DNA of 64,000 nucleotides. Source: Eledone cirrhosa (taxonomy: Eukaryota). The position numbers and the translations under genes are program-made. Shown here piece by piece: positions 12,830-26,180 of the stretch (positions are counted from its first letter, which is position 1; each line of letters opens with the position of its first letter). The stretch lies in NCBI GenBank assembly GCA_964016885.1, contig OZ024763.1:10416001-10480000 (forward strand), written 5' to 3'. The notes below the pieces were generated by a model that worked only from the letters and a program-made list of their open reading frames with translations, had not been told where the DNA came from and searched no databases.

Positions 12830-15680
12830 GACCAATATGATTTCCACTAGTTGCGAACACAGGGCTAACACTAGTCATGTTAATGCTGTGCATGGTAGTG
12901 GGATGGCTAAAGTAGCTATGTGCGAGAACCCCTCGACTGTCATCAAGCAATCACACACCCACTTTCTCTTTCAGGTACATAGAACCTCTCATCAAAGACG
13001 TAATAACTATCAAGGTACAAATCTCAGGACTGCTACCCTCAATTTCACCTGAAAAGCAAATCAGGTGAAATTGTGGAACTGTTAGAAAGATGAGAAGAGG
13101 ATGTATGATGTGTACAAGAAGTGAGATGGAAGGGTGCCTCAGTGAGACTAATCACAGACAAACAACTTAGATATAAACTCTACTGTGTAGAAAATGACAA
13201 TGGTGTGTCTTAATAGCTGAGAAATGGATACATAAAGTGAGGTATTTAAAATGACAGAATCATCAAGATTAGATTAACTAATTAAGAAAATAGACTGGCG
13301 ACAATCACATCTACCTTTGCTCTGCGGGCAGGACTGGGTAAAGAACAAAAGGATAGGTTCTATGAAGGACTTTTACAGGTATTGACAAAAGAGATATCAT
13401 CCTGGCAGGCAACTTCAATGGACATGTGGGACAGTACCAGGATGGATTTAGTGGAGTTCATGGCAGCTATGGTTATGGCTCAAGGAATGAAGAGGAGCTG
13501 AGACTCCTGGAATTCTGTGAGGCAAATGAACTAACAATCTGCAACACAAATTTCAGGAAACCAGCCAACCACCTGATTTCATATCAATCAGGTGAACACA
13601 CAAATTGATTACTTACATGTTAGACAAGGCAAATGGGCTGTAATAAATACTAAAGCCTTCCCTAAGGAAGAAAACACTGCCCAGCACAAGTTAATTATTA
13701 GTGACATCAAAATAAAGGCCCTACAGGATGCATTGGTTGAGAGGGATGACAAGTTAGATACATATAACAGAGGACAACAGGAAATTCTTACACGACAACC
13801 TTTTGCAAACTACTTACAAGACTTGTGGCTAGAGTAAAGCACTAGCCAGACAGAGGGTGGCCTGGTGATAGAACAGCACAGTGGATAGAGCCATTAAAGT
13901 TAAGAGGCAGGCATGGAAAGACTGGGAAAATGAGGACAACAGAGACCAGTACCAGGTAGCTAAGAAAGAAGTCAGGTGACAGGTATACACAGCCGAGAGA
14001 GACTGAAGAAAGTAAATTTGCCAATGTCTTGAGACGTGAGGACCAGAAACGTGAAGTGTTCCGTATTGTAAGGCTGTGTGTTAGTGTAAATTGAGATGTT
14101 GTTGGGGGAAAATGTATTAGAAATGACGCTGGTGTTCAAAAGAAAGAGGCCTGGAAATGTTACTATGAGAGATTAATGAAGTAGAGAATGAATGGGAAGA
14201 AGACAAAATATCCCCAACTTAACCAAAGAAAGAACCAGATATTGAAGTTGATAGTTTTAGGGTCAAAGACGCAATCAAGGAGTTGAAGAATGGTAAAGCT
14301 GCGGGACCATCAAAAATAGTTGCTGAGATGCTAAAAGCATGGGGAAAAGTAGGAGTCAAAGTAGTAACCCGTATCGAACAAGTAATACAGGATGGAATCA
14401 TACCCAATGACTGGCACAGCAGTACAAGACGTTCCTAGCCAAAAATAAACCATTATATTTAGCTTTTGTTGATCTAGAGAAGGCCTTTGACAGAGTACAT
14501 TGATCTATTATCTGGTGGTCCTTAAGGAAATTAGGTGTAGAAGAATGGCTTGTGAGAGTAAGAAATGAGTTAAGCGAGGAATTCAAAGCACAAGTAGGAG
14601 TTCAAGGTTCAGTTCTTAGCTGTTCATCATAGTTCTTCAGGCCATAACAGAAGATTTTAAAATAGGCTGCCAATGGGAACTTCTCTATGCAGATGATTTG
14701 GCCCTTATAGCTGAAACCAAGCAAGAGCTAGAAAATAAATTCCGATTATGGAAACTGAATTTGGGATCAAAAGGTCTGAGAATAAAAACGTAGCCAAAAC
14801 TAAAGAGCTAGTGAGTAGGAGAAAAGTCAGGACCCAAATTCCTTCAAGGAAGTGGCCATGCTCAATATGCAGAAAGGAAGTAGGCATAAACTCCGTACAA
14901 GGTACACAATGTAAATCTTGGGTACACAAAAGATGTAGTGGGGTAACAAGTAGACTAACAGGAAGAGAAAACTTTGCTTGTAGAAGATGCACAGGAGAAA
15001 TTGAGAGGAAGAGTACTTATGATATAAACCTTTTCCAGTCACAGGAAGAATCCATAGACATGGTTGATAACTTCTGCTATCTAGGTGATCTAATTAGCAG
15101 TGGAGGAAGGTGTGCCTAGAGTATAATAGCTAGAATAAGGATAGGATGGAAGAAGTTTAAAGAACTACTCCCACTGCTGATAACAAAAGGTTTCTCCTTA
15201 CGTACAAAAGGATGACTGTATGACACCTGTGTTCAGTGTGCAATGCTGCATGGTAGTGAAACATGGGCTGCGACTGCAGAGGACATGCATAGACTGGAGA
15301 GAAATGAAGCAACCATGTTTCATTAGATGTGCAATGTAAATGCGAGAGAAAGGCAGAGCTTGGACAAGCTGAGGGAGAAGCTGGGTTTAAGGGGAATCTG
15401 AGATGGTTTCAGAAGAGAAGACTGCGTTGGTATGGACAAGTGATGTGCATGGACAATGACCGATGGGTGAAGAAATGCCAGGAAATCCCAGTGGAAAAAA
15501 ACCACAGTAGAGGAGGACCAAGGAGGACCTGGACAGAGGTTGTGAAAGCTGATCTCAAATCGTTAAGACTGACAGAGGAGATGATAAATGCAACAAGTGG
15601 AGAGATGCCATGCAGAGAAGGATTCGTCCAATCCATGCAAGCATGGAAAAGCAGATGTAAAAACGATGATGATGATGATA
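12830..15680 (+). mobile_element. Near full-span degenerate RTE LINE (APE, RT, C-terminal Cys-rich region) with (GAT)n tail
   Basis: APE motifs (LLEFCEANELTICNTNF, QIDY), RT (LEKAFD, YADD), KWPCSIC..CKSWVHKRCSG, RRLRWYG; ends in gatgatgatg. Many stops and deletions. Confidence 0.9.
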
Positions 15681-15703
15681 ATGATATATATATTCATATA
15701 TAT

Positions 15704-16005
15704 ATCATCATCATCATTTTACGTCCGCTTTTCCCTGCTTGCAAAGATGGGATGGGAACTGATTTCTACAGCTGGATGCCCTTCCTAACACCATCCTCAT
15801 TTACAGTGTGGGCTGGGTGCTTTTTTTGCCATGGCCCCTCCACGACCACTTTGCAGTGGAATGATAGGGGCCCCAGTCCTGTCATCTCATTTCCACAGCT
15901 GAGTAAACTGGAGCAATGTGAAATAAAGTGTCTTGCTCAAGGAAACAACACATCACTCGGTCTGAGAATTGAACTCACAACCTTTCGACTGTAAGTCCAA
16001 TGCTC
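15704..16005 (-). mobile_element. SINE family B (tRNA head, CORE-like domain, RTE-type 3' tail)
   Basis: Reverse copy of the 42760-43105 element. Confidence 0.85.
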
Positions 16006-16142
16006 GCAATCGAATATATATATATATATGAGATGACGAAGGACCATGACAAGTGGAGAGATGCTGTGGTGAATAGGACCCGTCCCACCCTTGCAAGCAG
16101 GGCAAAGGGGACGTAAAATGATGATGATGATGATATATATAA

Positions 16143-16950
16143 TCTACTATATAAATGGCAATTTCTGTCTGTGTGTAACCAGTTGGCGTCTAAACCACTG
16201 ATCCGATCCTGATGAAACTTTACACACGTTAAGCTAATATTGAGGAACTGGACCGGCTAATTGGATTTCAATAATGGAACCCCTGGGGACTTTAAACCCT
16301 CCCTCCTTCCCACTACTCCCCTTCCTCTTCCCACAACTCAGTCCTCCAAAACGAGGCAACAACTTATTTGTTTTTTTGTTCTTCATTCTGTAGAGAAAGA
16401 GAGGGGATAAAAGAGAGGAGATAAGAGGGAAAGAGAGGGGATGAGAGAGAGAAAGAGCACCAAAGAGAGAGAAAGAGCGCCAAAGAGAGAGAAAGAAAAC
16501 AGAAAAATGATAGCATAGTTCGATAACTAACTTTTATTTATTTATTTTTTAAACACTTCTTTAACTAACTCCTTTCTTAACGTTACTTCTCTTTCTCTCT
16601 CTCTTTCACAAAAGTTGTAATGAGACTGTGTGTGTATGTGAGTGCACGTGTGTGTCTCGGCGTTCTTAAATTAGAGACAAGTATGCGTGTGTATGTGTTT
16701 ATCACCGTACTTAAGTAAGAGACATATATATCCCATTATATATGCTGACTGTAATAGGGAGCAGTATTAAAAAAAAAAAAATCACCACTGGACAAAACTA
16801 ATATTTTTATCTACATGATTTGCTTTAAACAAACGGCAATAAATATTCTGCTATAATTCCTACTTTAGTTAAAATTGAGCAATCATATTTCAATGGTCAA
16901 CTATTGTAACTTTAATAAAATACCCGGGAATCACCGTGTAGCTCAGCTAG
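16143..16950 (+). mobile_element. Non-autonomous Helitron
   Basis: 5' TCTACTATATAAA, subterminal GC hairpin (ccgggaatcaccg) and 3' CTAG, inserted between A and T. Confidence 0.7.
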
Positions 16951-17094
16951 TATACATATATATATATATAATATACATATATGATATATATATATATATA
17001 TATATATTATAATATATATATATATATATATATGTGATATATATATATATATATTATAATATATATATATATATATTATAATATATATATATAT

Positions 17095-17142
<48 letters not shown>

Positions 17143-17639
17143 TATATATATATTTCCTTTTTGTTCAGTTATATATATATAATATAATATATATATATAT
17201 TTAATATAGATATATTTATATATCATCATCACTGTTTAACATCCATTTTTTCATGCTCTTATGAGTTATATGAGTTGTCCTGTTGTGAGAAATGCCAGCG
17301 CAAGTGACCATGGCTTGGTTTCTAAAGCTGGATGCCCTTCCTAACACCAACCACATTTACAGTGTGGGCTGGGTGCCTTGTGCCGTGATACCTACACGAC
17401 CACTTTACAGTGTGGGCTGGGGCCTTTCGTGGGAGAGGTGGAGTGTTAGGACGTATGAGGTAAATAGAAGTGGGTGGAGATGAAGGTGGTGCAGACTAGA
17501 TGTATGTTTCAGCCTGTGCTCATGGGAAGTGTATGGAAGGGGGTGGGGTGGAGGTGGTGCATACTGTATGTGTGCTTAAGCCAGTGCTCATGGAGAGGCA
17601 GGTCTGCATGGCACCAGTGACCTCAGTCAAGTGTCACTG

Positions 17640-18265
17640 TCTTTGAGATGTGCAATTGTGCAAGGTCAGCTTTTATCAACTCCTCCCAAGTCTTCCCATT
17701 CCAAGGCTTCCATCAAATTTGAGTGCTCTGCACCTTTTTATACAGTTGTCATCCTTCACATACATCACACATCTATACCAACGCAGTCTCCTCTCCTGCA
17801 CCTGATTCCTCTTATGCCTAGTTTCTCTCTCAGTTCGTCCATGCTTTACCATTCATGTATATTATTATTACACATCCATTGAGGCATCATTTCTTTCCAA
17901 TCTTTTCAGGTCCTCTGTACAGCTTCCATGTCTCACTACCATGCAACAGGCTTTCATTTTGAGGGGAAAACCTTTTGCAACTAGCAGTGGCTCCCTGAAC
18001 TTCTTCCATCCCATTCTCATTCTGGCTACTGTACTTTCGAACACTCGGAATTTGGTCACCCAGGTAGCAGAAGCTGTCTACTGCATCTACTGAACCTTCC
18101 CAGAATTTGATAGTGCCTGATTCCTGTGGTCACTGCTTACTGCTCCAGAGTAACAGCTACATGTAAAGCCTATATTTTTAGCTAAACTACCATTTTTAGC
18201 TAAACTACATTTCTTGGATACATATAGTTTGTATTTGGGACACCTTTCCTACACACTGAGCAGAG
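17640..18265 (-). mobile_element. Degenerate RTE LINE 3' fragment
   Basis: RMRMGWKKFRE..KGFPL..LKRLERNDASM. Confidence 0.8.
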
Positions 18266-18314
18266 AGGATCAATATATATATATAATATAATATATTACA
18301 CATATATATATAAT

Positions 18315-18572
18315 CATCATCATCATTTTACGTCCGCTTTTCCCTGCTTGCAAGGGTGGGATGGAAACTGATTCTGGCTTGATTTCTACAGCTGGATGCC
18401 CTTCCTAACACCAACCTCATTTACAGTGAGTGCTGGGTGCTTTTTTGCCGTGGCACCTCCAGCTGAGTAAACTGGAGCAATGTGAAATAAAGTGTCTTGC
18501 TCAAGGAAACAACACATCACCTGGTCTGAGAATTGAACTCACAACCTTTCGATTGCAAGCCATGTGCCTCCA
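18315..18572 (-). mobile_element. SINE family B copy
   Basis: Similarity to 42760-43105. Confidence 0.85.
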
Positions 18573-18648
18573 TATATAATATATATCTATAACATAAATA
18601 TATAATATATATATATACATATTCATTTTATAAAGGCTAAATAGCGAG

Positions 18649-18697
18649 TCTTGTTACTCCGGAGTTTCGCCTGTTTATCACAGGGTCATCAGACAAG

Positions 18698-18698
<1 letters not shown>
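18649..18698 (-). ncRNA. Minimal type I hammerhead ribozyme motif
   Basis: Minus strand tcttgt-CTGATGA-ccctg-tgataaa-caggc-GAAACTCCGGAGTA-acaaga; 6-bp stem I, palindromic stem III, GUA cleavage triplet. Confidence 0.8.
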
Positions 18699-18737
<39 letters not shown>

Positions 18738-19027
18738 GAAATTTTTATTTTCTTTCCTAAACACTTGTCTTGCATCCTACACGCAGAGAGCACAATGCCC
18801 TCCTTACTACTGGTATTTAATTCTCACAAACTAATCTTTAATCTCTCTTTTTTTGGATTTAATAAGAACAAATATAGATATAGTCGCTATAATAGCAACA
18901 TGTCTCTTCTCACTGTACTCGCTTTTCTTTGGTGAAGATGTTTAATCTTCTGAAGAAATACAAACTCCTTTAAACACTAACTAGTGTATATACATTATTC
19001 CTCTTGTTTACATTATTATTAACATTA

Positions 19028-19215
19028 ATTGGCAGTATCGGTAGAGGGTCGAACGGCGTGCTTTGCAGCATGGAGTTACGGCCCTTTACAGTCCGAGTTC
19101 AAATCCAGCCAAGGTTAACTTTGCCTTTCATCCGTCCGGGGTCGATAAAATAAAGTACCAGTAATGCAGTGGGGTAATTGCTGGCCTTGTGGCAAAAGTA
19201 GAAACAATTATATTA
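19028..19215 (+). mobile_element. SINE family A copy
   Basis: tggcagtatcggtagagggtc..gagttcaaatcc..gtcgataaaataaagtaccag. Confidence 0.88.
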
Positions 19216-19838
19216 TTACGATTACATTTGCATAGTTGTGTGTAAGGGTTAAACTATGTAAGAACCTACATCTGTCATCCTGGTGTGTTTTACACATATG
19301 TGGGAGCATTTCATATGAAAATGACTACAACTATTTGATTCGCGTTGAAATCATGAAGAATATATACATATTCGCCTATGATGGTGGGGTGTTTTCATAT
19401 ACGTACCAGTCAAGTTCTTGGGTTGATGTAACTAACCCACTAACTGTGAGTGTGCAGAAAATGATAAATCAGCGATTATTTAATCGGTGGGGCCACGGGG
19501 CGACCGTGATCTAAATTCAATATTTCAAGTACTCTTGTCATGTTAAAAACATAATATACACAAACTATTGGGTATCCATTATTTTCTAAATATAAACATT
19601 TCTCTCTTGTTGTTCTTACTAGGAGGGGTGGGGAGTAATTGTCGTTGGTAGGGGTGGGGATCCGTAAGGACAAATTCATTTTAAAAAATAAAAGGGGGTC
19701 GTAGGTTCGCGAAAATGTTAAGACCCCCACCCCCTCAGTATAAACAGATAAATATAGTTGCTAGCCAATGATAAAATCCTAAGCTGCCTGTCTATCAGTC
19801 TACCTATCTGACTGTGTCTATATATCTACCAATTTCTC

Positions 19839-19875
<37 letters not shown>

Positions 19876-20410
19876 CATATATACACACACACACACACGC
19901 ATACTTGTCTGTTTATCTCTTTATCCATCTATATGTCTCTCTGTATGTTTGTCTGTCTGTCTGTCTACCCACCTGTCTATATATATATATATATGTCTAT
20001 CTATATTCGTATGTACGGATTAAAATGTAGTGTAAGTACGTATAACGGATGGAGTTGTGTACGAAAGAAAAAAAGTGTTTGTTTTCACCTCCAAACATTT
20101 CATATTTTAAAAATGACATCAATCAAGAAATCAGTTTTATTTATGGTAACAAGTGTCAATGATAACTAGTGCGTGATAATTAGCGTAATGGGTTTATATT
20201 AGAAGAAATAAAATATACATTAAAATATTTGACAATTGTTGTGATTGTCACAGTACTGCTTCTTGTAATATACATAAGTGCGTATAGTGTATATACATAT
20301 ATGTGTATAAGCATATACATACATAGGACAAAAATGTAAGTGTACATATGTGAATACATATATATATTCGTAAATGTGTATGTGTGTACGTGTACACTTG
20401 TATGTATACA

Positions 20411-20455
<45 letters not shown>

Positions 20456-22532
20456 TAAATGTGTGTATATATATATATACATATATATATATATGTGTAT
20501 ATACACACACACATGTATATATGTGTCGCCAACACTGACCTTTGTGCGAAGTCTCCGCTGACTCCAGTGGACCAAATTCATTCAAGTCAGTCATTATGGA
20601 ATAGGGGGTAATGTTTGTTATAGTGTTGTTGTTGTTGTGCTGGTGTAGTTATTACTGTTATTATTGTTGTTATTATCACCAGCCGAGGTAACCATTTCTC
20701 GGAGATGTTGGCGTTTTAGCTTGCACGGCATCCATACGTCATTAACGATGAGCACGCCCTCTGCTTCCGATTGTCATTCAAGGGAGGTAACTCTGCTTGC
20801 ATGTTGCATTTTATTTGGAAATAATTGTCACCATACAACAATGCTACACACATATACTACATACCACAACACTGCACACGTATTACACCGCATTATATAC
20901 TTTACACACTCTCTCTCTATATACATCACACACCACACACTCTCTATATATATACATTACACACCATACACTTTATATATATTACACATTCTCTATAAAC
21001 ACACCACATACTCTCTCTCTATATATATATATATACTTTACACAATCTCTATACATACATCACACACTCTCTATATATACATCACACACTCTCTATATAT
21101 ACACCACACATTCTCTATATATACATCACACACCACACACTCTATATGTGTGTATATTACACACCACACTATGTATAAACTAAACACTATATATACCACA
21201 CACTGTATATACACAGTATATATACACCACACGCTATATATATACACACCAAACACTATATATACACTCCACACACAAGGCACTCTATATATAACCTATA
21301 CTTAATATCCACCACACTATATATAAACTACACATTCTGTATATACACCACTCTATAAACACACTGCACATTATATATACACAACACACTCTATATACTC
21401 ACTACACCCTATAAACATATATACACCATACACTATATAAATAAACTACACACTTTCTATATGTATACACTACTTTATATATATATACACCACACTACAT
21501 ACACACGAAATATACATTACACATGCTCTAAATATACATTACATACAAACACAGTATATATACACAATAAACATTTTATATATACATATATCATCATCAC
21601 CTTTTTACGTCCGTTCTTATACGCTAGCATGGGTTAGACGGGTTGTCCTGTTGTGGGCAGTGTCCAGTCGGCTGACCATGTCTTGCTCATACGGGAACTG
21701 ATTCTGGCTTGATTTCTACAGCTGGATGCCCTTCCTAACAACAACTACATTTACAGTGAGTGCTGGGTGCTTTTTTGCCGTGGCGCCTACACGTCCACTT
21801 TGCAGTGTGGGCTGGGTGCTTTTTTTTTGCCGTGGCACTCCCATATATATATATATATACATATATATATATGTAAATAGGGAGGAAAAACAATTATTAG
21901 GAAGAAAATCTTTTTTTTTTCCTTTATTTTTTTTCTCTTTTTTCTGGGTTAGAAAATGTTTAAAACAAAATATTTAACTTTGTGTGATGTGTTAAGGTAT
22001 TTGTTAATTTATTTATTAATTAACAAAAGCATTGATTTATTTATTTATTTAATTATTTAATAATTATCAATTACCGGTTTCAGCATTTTATGCATTTTCA
22101 AATTATGTTAGCAGGAGAGAAAAAAAATGGGGGAATTTGTATTGGTATAAAATGTAGGAGAGAAAATAAGGTGATGTTGGACATGTTATTGAAATGGGAA
22201 AGAAAGAATAATATTATTTACAAACAATATATATATATATATATATATACTCTAGAGACACTAAATATATACATTACATGCTCCATACATAGACTACAAA
22301 CATGGCAGTGTTGTTGTTGTTACATCTATGGCAGTATATATATATATATATATATATAATATAAGATCAAAAGATGGTTAAAAGAGTTCCAAGTATTTTA
22401 ACCATCTTTTGATCTTATATTATTTATACTCCAGTCCTACAAACTGTAGAGTGCTACTTATCCGATATTTGCATTGCTTTATTGTGCTACAATAAAACTC
22501 ATCTCCTACATATATATATATATATATATATA

Positions 22533-22738
22533 TAACGGAGGAAATATGGTAAGGAACCAGGTGGACCATAACGCACCAAAGTACTCAATACTTAGGGTAG
22601 TAGAGTGGGTAATAGGAACGAGTAGGACCCCGACGGCTGAGCTCAAGCCGTTTCGACGGCTAATTCTGGACTGAATTAGCCAGAATTAGCCGTCGAAACG
22701 GCTTGAGCTCAGCCATCGGGGTCCTACTCGTTCCTATA
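22533..22738 (-). mobile_element. PLE pLTR remnant (tail, partial pLTR and inverted partial pLTR), same family as 37521-39876
   Basis: Reverse copy of the 39735-39876 end plus an inverted ccagaattagccgtcgaaacggc...gttcc arm; flanked by TA repeats. Confidence 0.88.
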
Positions 22739-22895
22739 TATACATATATATATATATATGTATGTATGTATATATATATATATATATATGTATGTATATA
22801 TATATATGTATGTATATAGATATATGTATGTATATATATATATGTATGTATATATATATATGTATGTATGTATATATATATATGTATGTATGTAT

Positions 22896-22929
<34 letters not shown>

Positions 22930-22986
22930 GCATATATATATATATATGTGTATATATATATATGTGTGTATATATATATATATGTG

Positions 22987-23052
<66 letters not shown>

Positions 23053-23140
23053 CATATATATGTATATATATGTATATACATATATACATATTCATACATA
23101 TATGTATGTATATGTATACATACATATATATATATATATA
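22736..23140. repeat. (TA)n/(TATG)n microsatellite
   Basis: Direct inspection. Confidence 0.95.
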
Positions 23141-24500
23141 TTTACTGCAGGCTACTGATGAAACTTGTGGCTGGAGCAGAAATTCTTCCATCAGCACTTT
23201 AACCACAACACATCTTCCTTGTACTGTCAGCTTACTGCTACCTATACTGGTTTGTACATTCTGAAACAACTTGTCACTTTGTAATGTAACATAGCATAAT
23301 AAAAGCATTTTCTTTTTTCTTTTAACTGAAGTGAAGTAAAGTTCCATACCTAACCCAAATTATTATATTTGTCACATTTATCATCCTCTGTCATTAACAA
23401 CCACTAACTTCATTTCATATATAGAAGAGAGTGAGGTAAACTAGTTTACAGATTTAGAAGCGGTCTAGACAAACTAAAATTAAATATTAAGTTGAAAAAC
23501 CAGGTATTCCCATAAAAGCCCTAATTAGTCGAACATATACTTTTTTTTAAAAAAACCTGCACCAATAACAAATTAAGCCCACATATTAACTGTATAATTA
23601 GGAATGCAATATATAGCATAAGATGTACTGAGGGACAGTACAGAAATAAGAAAACAACATACATACATAGCTGAGACAGTCCGTAGCATAGGAAAATAAG
23701 TGAACACTGTCAACAACTCCAAGATGGGAAGAACTCATCAGTACTCCACCAACATAGCAGAATAGAACATAGGGGCACATTAGAGAACATAGAGATAAAG
23801 ATCATATCCACACACAGAACAGACGCAATGCTTAGACAAATTACAGAAGCCACAAACATAAACACACTCCAACCAAAATTAAACAGAAAATACGAGTGTA
23901 ATAGCAACAACATCACAACTAGTAATTAAGCACAAGATAAAGACATACAGAGAGACATACAAAAACTAAACTAACAAAACAAACCACGCACACAGATAGA
24001 ACAAGCAACCTACTAGTGACAAGTAAATAAATGTATAAATAAATAAATAAAAACACACACACACACCCAAATATAAAGCATTCACAACCCAAATACACAG
24101 CACACAGCTCACAAAAACAACATGGTGTAGGACAGAAAACAAAATAATAAATTAGTCACTGAGGAGCTCACGGAATGTGTCATGAAAGAGCTTTGATAAT
24201 AAATACACAACAATTCGGTTATTAAACCAACCAACTGGAAATTTGTAATAAATTGAAATGAAAACCAACAGGTGCATGTGTTTTTATTGGCAGCATGACA
24301 CCTTCTCAAAGTATAACAATAAATATATATATATATATATATATTAGAAAGGGATGAAATCGAAAATGCAACTGGAGTCTTATTTTTTTAAAAATATATA
24401 ATAAATATATATATATTTTTTTAAATAAGACTCCAGTTGCATTTTCGATTTCATCCTTTTCTAATATATATATATATATTTTTTTTTTAATATAGATGAG

Positions 24501-24541
24501 ATTCTACAGAACTGTTTCATTCTTGAGAAATCATCAGGATT
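24501..24541 (-). ncRNA. Hammerhead motif, same family as 28013
   Basis: Minus strand tc-CTGATGA-tttctcaagaat-GAAACAG-tt-CTGTA-gaat. Confidence 0.6.
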
Positions 24542-24771
24542 CCTGATGATAAGCTTTTTGCTTATGTATGCCCTCACTTGCTTCCGCCTCTTGTGAAAAA
24601 ATCTGCCTGAACCCTAACATATAGCTGTAGTGTTGAATAACAACCCCATTATGCACTCTCTCCATACTCCCCATTTCCAATCTCCCTCTTGTTACCCTCT
24701 ATTGTATTTCTAATGTTCATATGACTAAGCTTCGTAGAGCTTATACTCAGCACTGTATTTTTGTTTATAAA

Positions 24772-24816
24772 GCTCTGATGATTCCTGCCCCATAGTATGG
24801 ATGAAACATTGTCAGC
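24772..24816 (+). ncRNA. Minimal type I hammerhead motif
   Basis: gct-CTGATGA-ttcc...ggat-GAAAC-att-GTC-agc. Confidence 0.7.
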
Positions 24817-24866
24817 AAATAAAAATTGTATGAGTATGTAGGTGTTCTTTGATTTCTTTTACATAT

Positions 24867-25268
24867 ATCATCATCATCATCATCATCATTATTTCATTTT
24901 ACGTCTGCTTTTCCCTGCATGCAAGCGTGGGACAGTAACTGATTCTGGCTTGATTTCTACAGCTGGATGCCCTTCCTAACACCAACCTCATTTACAGTGA
25001 GTGCTGGGTGTTTTTTTACGTGGCGCGTACACGTTCACTTTACAGTGTGGGCTGGGTGCTTTTTTGCCATGACACCTCCACGACCACTCTACAGTGGAAT
25101 GATATGGACCCCAGTCCCTATCATCTCATTTCTACAGCTGAGTAAACTGGAGCAATGTGAAATAAAGTGTCTTGCTCAAAGAAATAACACATCACCCAGT
25201 CTGAGAATTGAACTCATGACCTTTCGATTGCAAGGCCAATGCTCTAACCACTAAGCCATGTGCCTCCA
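24867..25268 (-). mobile_element. SINE family B full copy
   Basis: Similarity to 42760-43105, (CAT)n tail. Confidence 0.88.
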
Positions 25269-25287
25269 TATATATATATATATATAT

Positions 25288-25432
25288 AACGAAGGAGGTG
25301 TGGTAAGGAACCAGATGAACCATAACGCACCAGAGTATTCAATACTTAGGGTAGTAGAGAGGGTAATAGGAAAATGTTTAATCCCGACGGCAGAGCTCAA
25401 GCCGTTTTGACGGCTATTTTGGGACTAAATTA
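25288..25432 (-). mobile_element. Diverged PLE pLTR/tail fragment
   Basis: aacgaaggag..ggaaccagatgaaccataacgcacc..gagctcaagccgttt. Confidence 0.8.
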
Positions 25433-25476
25433 GAATTTTTAGCGTTTTTGCTCGCCTGTTCAACACTGACAAAGGA

Positions 25477-25519
25477 ACGCTGTACTAGTTTCAAGCTTAT
25501 TAGCTATCGTCAGCAACGT
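25477..25519 (-). ncRNA. Minimal type I hammerhead motif (inverted copy)
   Basis: Reverse complement of 25854-25896. Confidence 0.78.
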
Positions 25520-25853
25520 ATACCTTTCTCTGCCAGATTGTTGAACGTATATACTTACCTTATGCATATTAACGGCTGAGTAGCCCAATTTGCATATTGA
25601 GTGGGTTAATCGGCCGGGTGCACCGAAAACGATAAACGGAAAAAATGAAACAAAATTTCATTTCCCACTCTTAGTACGGCTGTTACTTAAATATAAGTAT
25701 GTACACATTGGAAATGAAATTTCGTTTCATTTTTTCCGTTTATCGTTTTCGGTGCACTCGGCTGATTAACCCACTCGATATGCAAATTGGGCTACTCAGC
25801 CGTTAATATGCATAAAGTAAGTATATACGTTCAACAATCTGGCAGGAAGGCAT

Positions 25854-25896
25854 ACGTTGCTGACGATAGCTAATAAGCTTGAAACTAGTACAGCGT
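25854..25896 (+). ncRNA. Minimal type I hammerhead motif
   Basis: acgttg-CTGACGA-tagc-taataa-gctt-GAAAC-ta-GTA-cagcgt; palindromic stem III ACTAGT. Confidence 0.8.
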
Positions 25897-26180
25897 TCCT
25901 TTGTCATTGTTGAACAGGCGAGCAACGATGGTTGCTGGACACTGCGGCTTAATACGGGATGTTTGTTTACAGACACACCGAGCATTGTAATAAATGTTTG
26001 GTGAATCCATACGTACATATATATATGTGTGCATGTATGTATATAAATATACATACTACTGTACGTCTGTATACATATATGTATGTACGTGTACATACTT
26101 ATATTTAAGTAACAGCCGTACTAAGAGTGGGAAATGAAATTTCGTTTCATTTTTTCCGTTTATATATATATATATATTTA

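Larger units (their letters stand above)
25448..26162. mobile_element. Retrozyme/PLE-like non-coding element: terminally redundant 420-bp unit plus inverted copy
   Basis: Direct repeat ggaaatgaaatttcgtttcattttttccgttta at 25710 and 26130; inverted copy 25448-25707; one hammerhead per copy. Confidence 0.75.

Noticed and set aside
16207-16220. cctgatgaaac as a hammerhead core
   Set aside because: No stem II between CTGATGA and GAAA and no pairing stem I; part of the Helitron 5' region.
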